Source: Vicugna vicugna
Taxonomy: Eukaryota
NCBI GenBank assembly: GCA_013265495.1
Contig: MU057809.1
Location: 746,001-806,000, forward strand
Direction: 5' to 3'
Length of the DNA: 60,000 nt
In this document: positions 47,633 to 59,620 of the stretch, in pieces
How positions within the stretch are numbered: position 1 is the stretch's first letter
Layout: each line of letters starts with the position of its first letter
Made by a program: the position numbers and the translations under genes
Notes under the pieces: model-generated
What the model was told of the DNA's origin: nothing
What the model saw: only the letters and a program-made list of their open reading frames with translations
Databases searched by the model: none

Positions 47633-48901
47633 CTCACAACAGCTGAAGGGACAAACGGTGACGTGGCCCTGGAACTGCAGACCGCGCAGCAGAGTCAGGT
47701 GCCGGGGTGTCCAGACGCAGGACAGTCCGCGTGGACCTGTAGCCACCACGCGGCACAAAGCGAGGCTCCCGCAGGCCTGCTTCCCGCGGGCTCTGCTTCT
47801 GTGACGCCGTGACTCTTGAGCCACCCCCGATCTAAAACAATCCCCTATCTTCTTTCGGTTTTCAATGTATCTTTTTATCTTGAGTATTTAAGACTCTGGC
47901 GTTTACTTTGCCTGGAATAGGAAGCAGGAGCTTGGAACGCTGCTCCCGATGGTCGACCAGATGCTCCACACCGTTGCCGCGCCGCACCTGGGAGCGCTGA
48001 CTCGAGCGCCCGCCTCCCCTTGTGTCTGTCTCCCACCCGACGCCCCGCCACTGGCGGATCTGCTCCCCTCAGACTCACGCTGGGTTAGCGAGCATGGGGA
48101 TGCGGTGCCGTAGCTCACAGGGCAAGCCCCTTCATTCTTCTTCCCTATTTTCAAATTCTCCTCGGCTGTCCTCACCCCACACTCGTCAGAGCAACGCCAG
48201 GATCACCGAACCCTATTCCAGGAGCTGGGCCGGGCTTTTGTGCGGGGCTGCTTTACATTTAGACTGACTTGGAGGAGAACTGCATCCTCACAGCATCAGG
48301 TCTCCTGCTGCAGCGACATCACCGCTCTCTCCTTTTATTCAGTCTTTTTTATAAGGCCTGGTGTCAAAGACACTTCTGTGTGTGTGAGACGGATGGAGGG
48401 AGGCAGGGAGGGCCTGCCCAGCACCCAGTTCCCGTCCCCCGTGCCCTCTTCTCAGGTCCGAGAGCCCCCTTTCCCGGGAGACACATATTCCGGGGTACTA
48501 GCCCTCCAGAGGGGTGGACAACGAGACCCAATGCCAGCCAATCAAAAGCCCCTGCCCCCCGGCCACACTGGTCAGCTCGCTTCTCCAGGGCGGCCTGACG
48601 CGCGGGTGCTGGGAGAGAAGGGCTTCCTTCCTCTGGAGTTGCTGGGTCTGAGGAACACAACAACATGACGCTTGCTGAGCGCTTCCATGTCCTGGGCGCT
48701 GTCTTCCGACTGTAACGAGAGCTGACCCATGCCAGCGCCACAATAACCCTGCGCAGTGGAATGGAAGGGGAGGGGAGTTCAAGGCATTTGATAACAGGCC
48801 GGCCTCCTGTGCTGACCAGTCAAAAGGGACAGCCCCACGGGAGTGGACCAGCTGCATTTACCCAGAAGGCAGGAGTCATCACCCAACCCTTTCAAAAATG
48901 A

Positions 48902-49006
48902 TTTTTTTTGAGGGGGAGGTAATTAGGTGTTTAACAGCAGTACTGGGGACTGAACCCAGGACCCTGCGCACACTAAGCAGGCTACCGCTGAGCTACACCC
49001 TCCCCC
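48902..49006 (-). mobile_element. camelid tRNA-derived SINE (degraded)
   Basis: ggaggtaattagg ... gtactggggactgaacccaggaccc ... tgagctacaccctccccc. Confidence 0.85.
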
Positions 49007-49364
49007 GTCGCCCGTCACACACGAGGAGGCCGGAGCACAGAGTGCCCGCACAGCGGGGCGGCAGCAGGCCTACATTTCCTCCCCGATCTGGACAGGAGTC
49101 TCGGGGCCAGGGGTCATGCAGGACGGACCTTAATGGAAACCGGCCCGGGGCAGAGCGGGGTGATGAGCCCTGTGCCCTGCTGGAGGACAGCCACGCTCGT
49201 TCTGGAGGACACACTGGGTACACTGGGCCTTGTCACTGCTGGGCCACACTGTGTCCAGAGCCCAGAGCTGTAGGGTGTTCACTGCCTTTGGGGGACAGGG
49301 GTGCTTGGTCTCTATGAAGACCCCACCTCGGGCTGCTCCACCCCTTGCCCAGCCCCTCCCCACT

Positions 49365-49592
49365 TGCTGGATGTGAAGATGTAGGCTGGGGCCACCAGTC
49401 ACGGGACAGGGGCACCTCTAGAAGCTGGAAAGGCCGGGAAATGGCTTCTCTCCTGGAGCCTCTGGGGGACACAGCCCAGCGGACACCTGGATTTCAGCCC
49501 CCGCGAGACCTAGTCCTGACCTCTGACCTGGCCTGTAGTAAATGTGTTGTTTTGAGCCACTCAGTTGCGGGAACTTGTTACAGCAGCTTTAA
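49365..49592 (+). mobile_element. MLT1C/D-type MaLR LTR fragment
   Basis: cctctagaagctggaaaggccgggaaatggcttctctcctggagcct ... taaatgtgttgttttgagccactcagttgcgggaacttgttacagcagc. Confidence 0.8.
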
Positions 49593-49834
49593 ACCCGGCC
49601 TCCCGTGCTCTGGGGCTTACTTGAAGCTGCTGTTGAAACAGGGAGGGGGTGGACTGTGAGCCATGGGCGCCCCCGCCTGCGTGGAGTCACTGCGACATCC
49701 ACGTGCATGGCTGCGGGGGCCACCGGTGGCCCGGGAGCTTGTCCTCCGAACGACTTCGGGTAGAAAACGGCGTCTATTAAAGACTAAGACACGAGGCTGT
49801 GCCCCCTGGGAGCTTGCACAGCGAGTCTGGGATG

Positions 49835-50190
49835 GGGGGCATGACAAAGGACCACGCCCCGGGCGGCTTAGGCCACAGAAACGTCTGTTTCCTTGGCCGG
49901 CGGGTCCTCCGGGGGCCGTGAGGGGGGACCCACTGCAGGCCTCCCCCCGCGCTGCTGGAGGTTTGCTGGCAGCCCTCAGGCTCTTTGGCTGGTGGGTGCG
50001 TCACCCCATCTCTGCCGTCACCTTCCTACGGCCTTCTCCCTGCACCCGGGATCAGGGGCCCCCCCAAATGACCTCATCTTAACTCTGTCTGCAGAGACTC
50101 GTTGTAAATCGGGGCGCATTCGCAGGCGCTGGAGTCAGGACATTGCTGTCTTCCTGAGGCGGGGGGGGGGACACAATTCATCCAGTAACA
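49835..50190 (-). mobile_element. MLT1C-type MaLR LTR
   Basis: atgacaaaggaccac...ggcggcttaggccacagaaa ... atgacctcatcttaact ... ggacacaattcatccagtaaca. Confidence 0.75.
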
Positions 50191-51692
50191 TACACAGATT
50201 ATTAACAGTCGGCCAGGAGGGTGTGTGGGTCAGCGGTGCCACTGGCATCACCAGGGGAGGCGAGAAAGCAGATGGACCCTAATCAGCTTTGTCACTGATT
50301 TTAAATCCTCCACGGGGCGTACCCCTCCCCCACCCGCGGTGGCACCTGGAGGCCGGCACTTCCCGGCACAGGGACAGATGCACGGACGAGCCACTGTCCC
50401 CAGAGAGCCCAGCGGCTTCCCTGGGAGGTGGTGGGAGAGGAGGGGTCCGTGGCTGCGTGGAGCGAGCTGCCCAGCAGACAGTCCGCATGGAGGCCGGGGA
50501 GCGCCGGCCGGTGCACCTGCTCCGTGTCTGCGCTGCGTCCGCCAAGAGCGACAGCAGAGATGCTCGGGAACGTCCACTCAGAAGTCGTACCCTTCCTCCT
50601 GCGAGACCCTCGGCATTTCCAACTTTGGGCCATTATTTCCAATGGGTTCTTAGTCCGCGTGCTATTCCAAGGGTTAGTGCTGATACGCAAAACACGGTTC
50701 GTGTTGGAATTCGTTTCTACATTTATGTTTTAGCTCAGGTGCAGTAAAACTGAGTTTTTCTGACATACGATTCTGAGAATTTGACCAACACAGAGTCATG
50801 GGACCACCTCCCAAATCAGGGTGCCTGCTCCCTGGAGCTGGTCCCTGGAGTAACCCTTCCTGTCGCCCACCAGGGCTCCAGGGCACGACTGCTCTGTATC
50901 ACAGAATCTCAGCTTCAGAGGCCGCGTCCCGCGAGCACAAGGCACTTGGGATTGCCCCGCGGTGTTGGTCGGTCCTTTCCGGTGCTGAGCACGCTACTCC
51001 ACTGTGTGGATGAGCACGGCTCACTCCCCTGTTCACCAGCTGAAGGACACGCAGGTGTCTCTGGCTTTGGCAATGAAGAGTAGCGCTTCTAGAACATTCC
51101 TGGTACAGCTTTTTGAGTGGCCACAATTTTTCAGTTTCCTAGGGTAGATGTTTCTGATGGGACAGACTAGCTTATACGGTCATTGTACGCTTCAGAAGCT
51201 GTGTTTAAGAACTTAAACGTTGTACGTTCAAGAGCTGTCGTCCCAAGTGGTGGTGACACCTTGCTTTCCCCCGACGACACAGAAGAGGCGCGGCCTCACG
51301 ACTGCCAGCTCCTGGTTTCACCATCTTACGAACAGGTAGGGCCGCCTCCCCGTCATTTTAGCCTGCGTCTCCCTAAGGGCTAACGTGCTTCGTTTTCATG
51401 TGCTTATTTACTGTCCACATTCTCTCTTTGGAAACACGTAGTTTGAAATATTTCACCCATTTGAAAATTTGGGGGTTTTTTTATTGCTGGGTTTTGAGAA
51501 TTTGGGTTCCAAGCTGTTTGTTAGAGATGTGATTTGCAAATGTGTTCTCCTTTCTTGGAGTCTGAGTTATCTGTTCATTTTCTGAACAGTTTCACAGAGA
51601 TAACGTTCTTAACTTTGATTTGGTCCAATTCACCAATTTTTTTTTTTTTGGTATGGATTGTGGTTTTTGTGTCACAGCAAAGAGCTCTGCCT

Positions 51693-51847
51693 GGTGGGGA
51701 AGGGTGTAGCTCAGTGGTAGGGCACGAGCTTAGCATGCATGAGGTCCTGGGTTCAATCCCCAGTACCTCCACTATCAAAAACAAACACAAACTTAATTAC
51801 CTCCCCCTTCAGAACAAAACAAAAAACCCCACCAAACGCAAAAACAG
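51693..51847 (+). mobile_element. camelid tRNA-derived SINE (Vic-1-like), full length with 14-bp TSD
   Basis: ggggaagggtgtagctcagtggtag (A box) ... gaggtcctgggttcaatccccagtacctcc (B box) ... taattacctcccc and an A-rich tail. TSD aaagagctctgcct (51679-51692) and aaagaactcagcct (51848-51861). Confidence 0.92.
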
Positions 51848-52192
51848 AAAGAACTCAGCCTAAATCTGAGGTCACAGAGATCTTCTCATGTTGTTTCTTC
51901 CAAAAGTTATACAGTTTCAGGTCTGATATTTGGGCCTACTATCCAGTCCGATTTCATTTTCCTATAGAATAGACCCAGGCTCTATAAACGTGTCACCAAA
52001 CTTAAGAAGTGTGGGGCATGGTTCCCTTCTTCAAGGACTTTTCTGTGCTCATTTCTCCTCTCCTCTTGGGGCTCCCGGGAGAGGAATGTCGGACATGGTG
52101 GCATCACCCTGCCAGTCTATCTTTCTTCTTTTTGGATTAAAACTATTTGATACATACACAATAGCCTAAAAATACCTATATAAATCACGACA

Positions 52193-52315
52193 TTTATTCT
52201 TTTCTGGAGGGGGGAGGAAATTAAGCTTTTATTTATTCTTAATGGAGGTGCTGGGGATTGAGCCCAGGATCTGGTGCGTGTCAAGCGCATGCTCCACCCG
52301 AGCTACACCCTCCCC
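52193..52315 (-). mobile_element. camelid tRNA-derived SINE
   Basis: ggaggtgctggggattgagcccaggatc ... gagctacaccctcccc. Confidence 0.85.
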
Positions 52316-55300
52316 GCCAGTCATGCAGTTTGGTAACAGAACACACGCCTGGGAATCTAATGTGCTGTGTGTCCCCTCCGGCCACCCCCAGCCACCAGAG
52401 CTGACTGCTAGTCTGAAATGAATTTTATCAGCATTACTGTCTTTCCTAGTGTTGTGCCACCTGTCTGTGCGTTCACAACCACAGCACTTACTTTGAAATT
52501 ATTTTCGGACATAAAAATGGTGTCCCAGGACGCGTATTCTTCTACACCTTGCTCCTTTACCCCAGTTTTAAGATCCACCTACTGGGGTGTGTGGTCGCAG
52601 TCCATCATCTTGCCCCGTGTGCTACGGTCCACGGCACCTCCGCATCCTTACTCGCCACACTGCTGATGGAAACGCAGGTACTTCTAGTGCTTTGCTCCTG
52701 TGAACGGCGACGCTGTGCCCTCCTGCCTGGGCCCCTGGAGCACGTGCAAAACTTCCTCTCAGGGCGGCGCCCAGGAGCGCAGCTGCGGGCCAAGCGCTGC
52801 CACATCATCAACACGGCCGGGTGACCGAAGTGAAACGCCAGAAGCTGCACCACTTCGCACTCCTCTAAGTGCCCAGGTTGCAGCTGGCCTGCACCCTGCT
52901 GCCACGGGCGGTCTCGGGCTCTGTCAGCTTCATCAGTCTAGCATGGACAAGGGCGGCCCAGAGGCTCTCAGCTACCTCTCCCCACCGCTGCTGGGTGGAC
53001 GGTCCCTGGCCGCCCCGTCTGCTTTTCTACGAAAGCCTGTTCCTGCCTCTTTCCCCTTCTCCACGGGGTTGTCTCTGTTTGTTTGTTTTAATTTTAGAAG
53101 TTCCTCACCCTGAGTGCTAACCCTTCACTGGCTACGTGGGCTGCAAGTGTCTTCCAGGCTGGCCTGTCCTCACTCTCCCCGTGCTGTCTCTGGCTGGCCA
53201 GACGCTCTCGCCGCCACTCTGGCTGGTGTGCCAATCCACTTCTCTGTCGTGCTGGGCCTTGTCCTCTCTTCACGTGTTGAGTATCACCCCTCCCCACCCC
53301 GCGGGGACAACCAGCATTCCCAGCACCATCTGCTGACCAGTCCATTTCCCAGCTGATCTGTAGACCCACCCTTGCCCCGTGTCACGCCTGCACAGGTTAA
53401 GTCTAGCACGCACGTCACTGCACCCTGTCCCCGTGGTCGAGAATGCCGTCCCACCCGCAGCGGACTTCACGACCGATTCACGGCGTGTCTTACTGACTCC
53501 CGCCACCCAGGTCTTCTTCAAGACCCTCTGGCTGTTCTTGGTCCTCTACCCTTTCACACCCCTTCTAGAACCAGTCTCTCCAGTCCCGGGAACCCCCCCC
53601 CCCGTGTGTTTCCGGTGACCTGCCACTCCTGGTGTCGCTGAGGTTTCGGGGGAAGGGAATCTTAGGCTCCACGTTTCTGGGCATTTTAAACATGAGTGGG
53701 TGTCATGTTCTCTCCTGAATGCTCTTCCTTCACCTACTGAGATGGACAGAGGTTTTTCTCCTTTATTCCGTTACCGTGGAGAAAGGTGCAAACACGCCTT
53801 CCACCGTCAAGGCGCCCTTTCACTCGCAGGGACACACTGCCTGTGATGTGTTCCTAATGCTCCAACGTGCTTTGCTACAATTCTTAGGATTTTGCGTGTG
53901 TGCTCGTCAGAGCCTGTCCTGAAGCTCCCTTTCCTCACCCTCCTCTGCTGGGGCGTAACGGCCCTCTCAGCCTCACAGGACCGGCTGGGGAGCGACTGCT
54001 CTCACTCCCTTTGCTGGGAGAAGACCGGAATCACTTGTGCCCTGAGTGTCCTGCTCGAACTCGCCCATTAAACAGGCTGAGCTCAGTTTTTATATTATGG
54101 GAACATTTCTGAAATACTGACTCAATTTCTGTTGTTATTACAGCACAGTTCAGGTGGTGGGCTTCGAATCTGTTTTGGTAATTTGTATTTTCCTGGGAAC
54201 TTGACTATTTCATCTCTACTTTTAAATTTATTGGCAAAAAGATGTTCATAATATTCCCTTATTAACTTTTAAATCTCTACTGTCATCTGCAGTAATGTCC
54301 CCTTCCCAATCCTAACAGTTTTATTGGTGTTTTCCATCTTTTTAAAAGTCGATCAGTCTTACAAGCAGTTATCAGCAGTGTTGGTCTTTAAGAAAACAAC
54401 TTTATCTTTGTCATCCTCCCCCTTCCATCTTTCTTTTCTAGTTCATTAATTTCTGTTTTTTAAAAAAATTTTCTCCTCCATTCTCTTTAGATTAATTTTG
54501 TTGTTTTCTTTCCTAACTTTCATAAGTTAGATATTTAATTCATCAATTTTGGGGTTTTTCCTTTCCAAAATTTGCATTTATGATTATAAATCACCCTTTA
54601 AGTACCACATAGTATTACATTCATTATCATATTCTGGTATTTCATTATTATTCCTAAGTATTTTTAAATTTCCATTATAAGACCTTTTGGCCCATGAGTA
54701 GTTCGAAGTACATCTTTCAATTTCCAGATTAAGATTTTCAGGGATTAGAGTTTCCCTAACTGGCATGGATTTCTAGTCTACTCGTGCTGTGACTTGAGAA
54801 CGTTCTTCCTACGCATCAATTCTGTCTGCTGAGACCTATGACCTAACATGTAGTCAACTTTATAATGTTCCCTGTGCACTTCAAAAGAAAGTAAATTCTC
54901 CAACTATTGCATGCAGAGTTCTATAAATATCTTCTAGACCAAATGAGTTACTTCTGTTGTTCAAATCTTCTAAATCCTCCCTGATCTGCATCTGCTTGTT
55001 GCGTCCAATACCGAGAGGCGCGCTCAAACCTCCCCACGTGCTAGTGGGTCTGTCCGTCACTTCTTGCAGTTCTGTAACTTATTTCCTTAGTGAAATGTGA
55101 ACTGTGCTAATAGGCACACACGCATTCAGAATCACTAAGCACTCCTGAATCCGAGTCCGGCGGGCTGGGGGTCTCTGATGCCCTCCCACCTGTGTCCTCG
55201 GGCTGGGCGGCCAACTCCTCTGGGCACAGAACGCCCAGCCCGGGGGATATGCAGTCTCTGGGACTCACACCCCTGTCTCGTGTGAGGCCTCAGGAGTCCC

Positions 55301-55384
55301 CCTCCTTCCCTGCAGGCTTGTCCTGACTTCTTTCCGTATTTTGCAGGGAGTAATCTCAGCGTCTAATCAATATCTCCTGGGGAG

Positions 55385-55680
55385 CCCGTTAAAGGAGGTT
55401 CTCGGGCCCTTGATTCGGAAGGTGTGGGCATGGGGCAGGAGAATCTGCATCTCTAACAATGCTCAGGTGCCACCAGTGCTGCTGGTGCGGGGACCACAGC
55501 TGGAGGCATTCAGCTTCTGATGTCCCCAACGCCCGAACATACAGCACTTCCAGAAAGGGTGGGTTCACTAATCAGCGGTTCGATTAGGCTAATGCACCTG
55601 CCTTTAAAGACACTGTCAGTGATTTGCAAACCTCAGCACACATCAGAATCACCCGGATGGCTTATTAAAACCCACGTGTC
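55385..55680. mobile_element. MER5A-like hAT-Charlie fragments
   Basis: gagaatctgcatctctaacaa...tgctgctggtgcggggaccacag (~55440-55500) and cagtgatttgcaaacctcagcacacatcagaatcacc (~55617). Confidence 0.7.
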
Positions 55681-56120
55681 ACCTGCCATCAGTGGGTTAA
55701 TATTGATTTACAAGAATCAGCTTTAGAATGTATACATTTCACTAGTAATCAGTTTTTTAATATAAATTCTGTTTCTTGATGTCTTTCTAAGTTCTCGGCT
55801 TTTATTACATTTTGTTAAATAGTGGACCTATTTAATCTATACTTTTTTTTTTCTCCAAGTCTTAGGGGAATCCCTAATGAAACATTTAACATTCTCGTCA
55901 CCATTAGAGAATTTAAGTGCAGCTTTAAATCTCCTCTTTGACTCGAGACTTATTTAGGAGAAGACTTCAAAAGTCCAATTATAAAATGCTGATTAATTAC
56001 AAGTTATACTGCATTGCAGTTTGAGAATGTAGCCCAAATAGAAATACTGATGTTTTTTGTTGTATTTCAATATATTGTCAATTTTTCTAAATGTTACCTA
56101 GAGATCAAAAGGTATATCCC

Positions 56121-56207
56121 GGAGGGCAGGTGTAGCTCAGTGGTGGGGTGCGTGCCCCAGCGCCTCCATTAAAAAAATAAAATAAATAAACCTAATCACC
56201 TCTCCCT
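56121..56207 (+). mobile_element. camelid SINE with internal deletion of the B-box region
   Basis: ggtgtagctcagtggtggggtgcgtg joins directly to ccccagcgcctcc ... aaacctaatcacctctcc. TSD caaaaggtatatccc (56106-56120) and caaaacgtatattccc (56208-56223). Confidence 0.8.
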
Positions 56208-57149
56208 CAAAACGTATATTCCCTGCTTAAATGAAAAAGAACTAGAACATATATTTGACTTTAAAGTAAACCAGACTAATTACAGGGTCCAGAGTGTCTC
56301 TAACTTTTCTTATTTTCTGCCTTCTCAAGTGAGCCTTGAGTTCCCGGTTCACTGCCCTGACCGAGTGTCCGGACACGAGGTAGGCAGGTAGGCCGGGTGG
56401 GCAGAGTGAGGAAGGGCAGAAGGGCGCCGGGTCACCCCTCAGAAACCTCCCTGGGCTCTAGCAGAGCCTGCGGCCCGCCTGACTGTTCACCTGGTGCCCC
56501 CTATCCCCCGGGCAGACGCCACGTGCTCTAGGCCTGACTAGCTTCATCCGCCTGCATCCCAGGAGCCTGCCCCGCTTCCCCGGGGCTGTGGACCAGCTCC
56601 TCCCAGCACAGCAGCAGGCGTGACCAGCCACTGGGGAGCCCCCTCCCAGCCTGTGCCCCGCTCCCCCGCCCCGGGGTGTCCGTCAGAGCTCTCTCTCCAC
56701 CTGTACGGAGCCTCCCCTGCACTAGCTCCATCACACACCTCCCCCCCGGCTGACATTCCTGTGCAGCTTCCGTCTGACTGCAGCCACAGAGTGAACTAAC
56801 GAAGAAAAATACGAAGAAGAGCAGAAATGAGCGAAACTGAAAAGAGATGAACAACAGAGGCAAATGAATGAAACCACATCCTGGTTCTCTGAGGGCAAAA
56901 GAGTTAATAAATCTTCAGTCTAAGAAGGAGGAGCAGGAGGAGGAGAAATAACAAATTACCAAAATCAGAGATGAAAAAAGGGACATCGTTATAATCTCTA
57001 TGAGCGTCTGGGGGAACACCGCAAACAACTTCGTCCTCGTAAATCCTGTGATGACCACGTTCCTTGACAGACACGGCCCACCAAAGCTCGCTCAAGAGAA
57101 ACACAGGACAGTCTGACAGCTATTCATACTTGAAACCACAGCATAAATA

Positions 57150-57680
57150 TTTACAACAGCCAAGATGTGGAAGCAACCTAAATGTCCATCGACAGGTGAC
57201 CTGATAAAGAAGCTGTGGTGTATACATATGATGGAATACTACTCAGCCATAAAAAAGAAAACAATGCCATTTGCAACAACATGGATGGACCTAGAGATGA
57301 TCATACTAAGTGAAGTAGGTCAGACAGAGAAAGACAAATATCATATATCACTTATATGCGGAATCTAAAAAAAATGATACAAATGTATGTATTTACAAAA
57401 CAGAAACAGACTCACAGACATAGAGAACAAACATATGGTTACCAGGGGGAAAGGTGCAGAGGGAGGGATAAATTAGGAGTTTGGGATTTGCAAATACAAA
57501 CTATTATATGTAAAATAGACAAACAAGGTCACACTGTACAGCACAGGAAACTATATTCAATATCCTATAATAAACCATAATAGAAAATGTAAAAAATATA
57601 ATATATATATATAACTGAATCATTATGCCGTACACCAGAAAAACACAACATTGTAAATCAATTATGCTTCAATAAAAAAT
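57150..57680 (+). mobile_element. younger artiodactyl/camelid L1 3' end (5'-truncated), AT-rich and near consensus
   Basis: gccaagatgtggaagcaacctaaatgtccatcgacag ... gcaacaacatggatggacctagag ... gtacaccagaaaaacacaacattgtaaatcaattatgcttcaataaaaaa. Confidence 0.9.
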
Positions 57681-57949
57681 GAAACATAAAATACAAACAT
57701 CACAGAAATAAAACCCCAGGCCTAGATGGCTTCCCTAACAAATTTTACCAAATACTTAAGGGAGAAATCTCACCAGGTCTCCACACCTGCAGACGCAGAG
57801 GAGGAGGAATCACTTCACACTCACACTGTGAGGTCATCATCACTCTGACGACAAAATCAAACAAAGACATTCCAAGAAAATTTCAGAATATGCCTTAGGA
57901 ATGCAGACCCCCCCCCATTTTTTTTTAAAACAGCAAATCGAATGCAGCG

Positions 57950-59620
57950 ACGTCTAAAAACGGTCGTGTGTTGTGAACAAGCAGGGCCTGTCCCAGGAAA
58001 GGAAGGTTGGCGCATCACTTAGCAAAGTCGGCGCAGTTCACCAAGTCAGCGGCGCGGAGCGGAGCCGCGCGGTTCCCCGGCAGCTGCGGCAACGGCCCTG
58101 GCTAAGCACGCCGCTGTGCGTGGTGCAGACTCCGGGAACCGGGAGCAGCACATCGGTTCCCGAAGTCGAGCCGGGGCACCGAAACAGCGTGCAGGTACCG
58201 TCGCAGCAGCGGTGCGGTGCGGGACAGCTGCCCCCGGGAGCAACGGGGGCGCGCGCACAGCCCCCACGTCGGCGCCGCCCGGCCAGGCGGCGGGCGAGGC
58301 AAGGACCCGCCACCATCAGACCCGAGAAAGCCAGCTGTCCTCGTCTGCAGACGAGGGCACAGCAAAGCCGACGTCATCCGCCAGCTGTTAGGACTAGTCA
58401 CCAATTCAGCAGGATTCGCGACATACCTTATTTCGAGACGAAGGGAAAGGCGCGGTGACCGACGGCGGGGAGCGGGCGGTGGGGGAAGGGCCCCCCGGCC
58501 CGGCCCCCTCCCCCGCCCGGGAGGGGCCGCGGCCTGGGCTCGCCCCACGCGCAGAGCCGGGCCGGGCGGGGCGCGCCGCTGGACGCGGGGCGAGGCCGAG
58601 CGCGCCTGGAAGGAAGCGCGGACGAGCTCCTCGCCGCCCCGGGCCGACACCCCGCCGTGGAGAGCACGCAGGAGGCGCCGGCCGCCGTCGAGCGACAAGA
58701 GGCTCGAGGGCGGCACGCGGCCGCGCGCGGGAGGCCGCCCGGAGGAGTCACCTGCGACGCGAACGTCCGGCGAAGCGTTCACACCCAGGGGGAGGGGCGC
58801 GGCGGCGTCCCCTGGCGCCACGACGAGGACCGGCGGGCCGCCGCGCCCCNNNNNNNNNNNNNNNNNNNNNNNNNNNNNNNNNNNNNNNNNNNNNNNNNNN
58901 NNNNNNNNNNNNNNNNNNNNNNNNNGCCCCGGCCGCGGGCGCCGGGGCGTCGGGGCCCCGCTGCCGCTGGGGCGGCGGGACGGAGGACGCGCGGAGCCCG
59001 GGGAGGGCACCGCCCAGGGCCGGGGCCTGCGCTCGGCCCCCGCACCTCCGTGAAGTACCGACCCCTCATCACCCAATGCCCGCCCCGCACCGAGAAGAAA
59101 GGCTGAAAGAGGCGCAGAGAAGAGGACGTCCGGGTGCGCAGCACGCGTCCGTCCCTGGAAAACGAAGTGAGACCCGCGGCCGGGAAACCGAGGCGGCGGC
59201 GGGACCCCGGCGTCGGGGGACGTGGGTCACGGGGCCCTCGCTGTGCCGGCGCACGGTCCGTTAGCTTTGGCTGAGGCCGAGCACGCGCGCCCTTGACCGG
59301 GGGCCACCGCCGGGCACGCGCCCCGCGGAGAGCGTCCCCAGAAGCCACGAGCCGGATGACCGCGGCCCACTCGTGAAGCCCCGGAGGCCCATCGACAGTG
59401 GGACGCACGGACCGTGGGCGTCCCCACCGCGGACCCGGCTTCAGCGACGACAGCCGTGACCCAGACCCCCGTCTGTTCCGTGCTCTCCCCTAAGGGACGA
59501 CCGAGAGTAGCCGGGGTGTCGGGGGCGCCGGCCCCGCGTGGGGTCAGCCCTTCGCGGCCCACAGCCTGTGACACCGCGGCGTTGCGCACCGGACGCCCAT
59601 GCGGTGTCGGGCCGTTTATT
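57950..59620. other. CpG-island-like, extremely GC-rich block of L1 origin
   Basis: Very dense CpG and GC by eye. No convincing coding frame. Collinear with L1 ORF2 (see findings). Confidence 0.8.
58850..58925. other. assembly gap (76 N)
   Basis: Run of N at the GC peak. Confidence 1.

Larger units (their letters stand above)
50720..55140 (-). mobile_element. cluster of old antisense L1M fragments
   Basis: Repeated antisense L1 text (tttcatgtgcttatttactgtcc; gatgtgatttgcaaatgtgttctcc; cccagcaccatctgctgaccagtccatttcc; tttaaatttattggcaaaaagatgttcataatattccctt). Probably more than one element. Confidence 0.7.

Noticed and set aside
51693..51770. tRNA-like sequence with A and B boxes
   Set aside because: It is the SINE head, followed by SINE body, A-rich tail and TSDs. 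Not a tRNA gene.
58102..59408. Several 200-320-aa ORFs and a possible gene promoter in the CpG block
   Set aside because: Low-complexity Arg/Gly/Pro/Ala frames open on both strands and spanning an N gap. The sequence is L1-derived.
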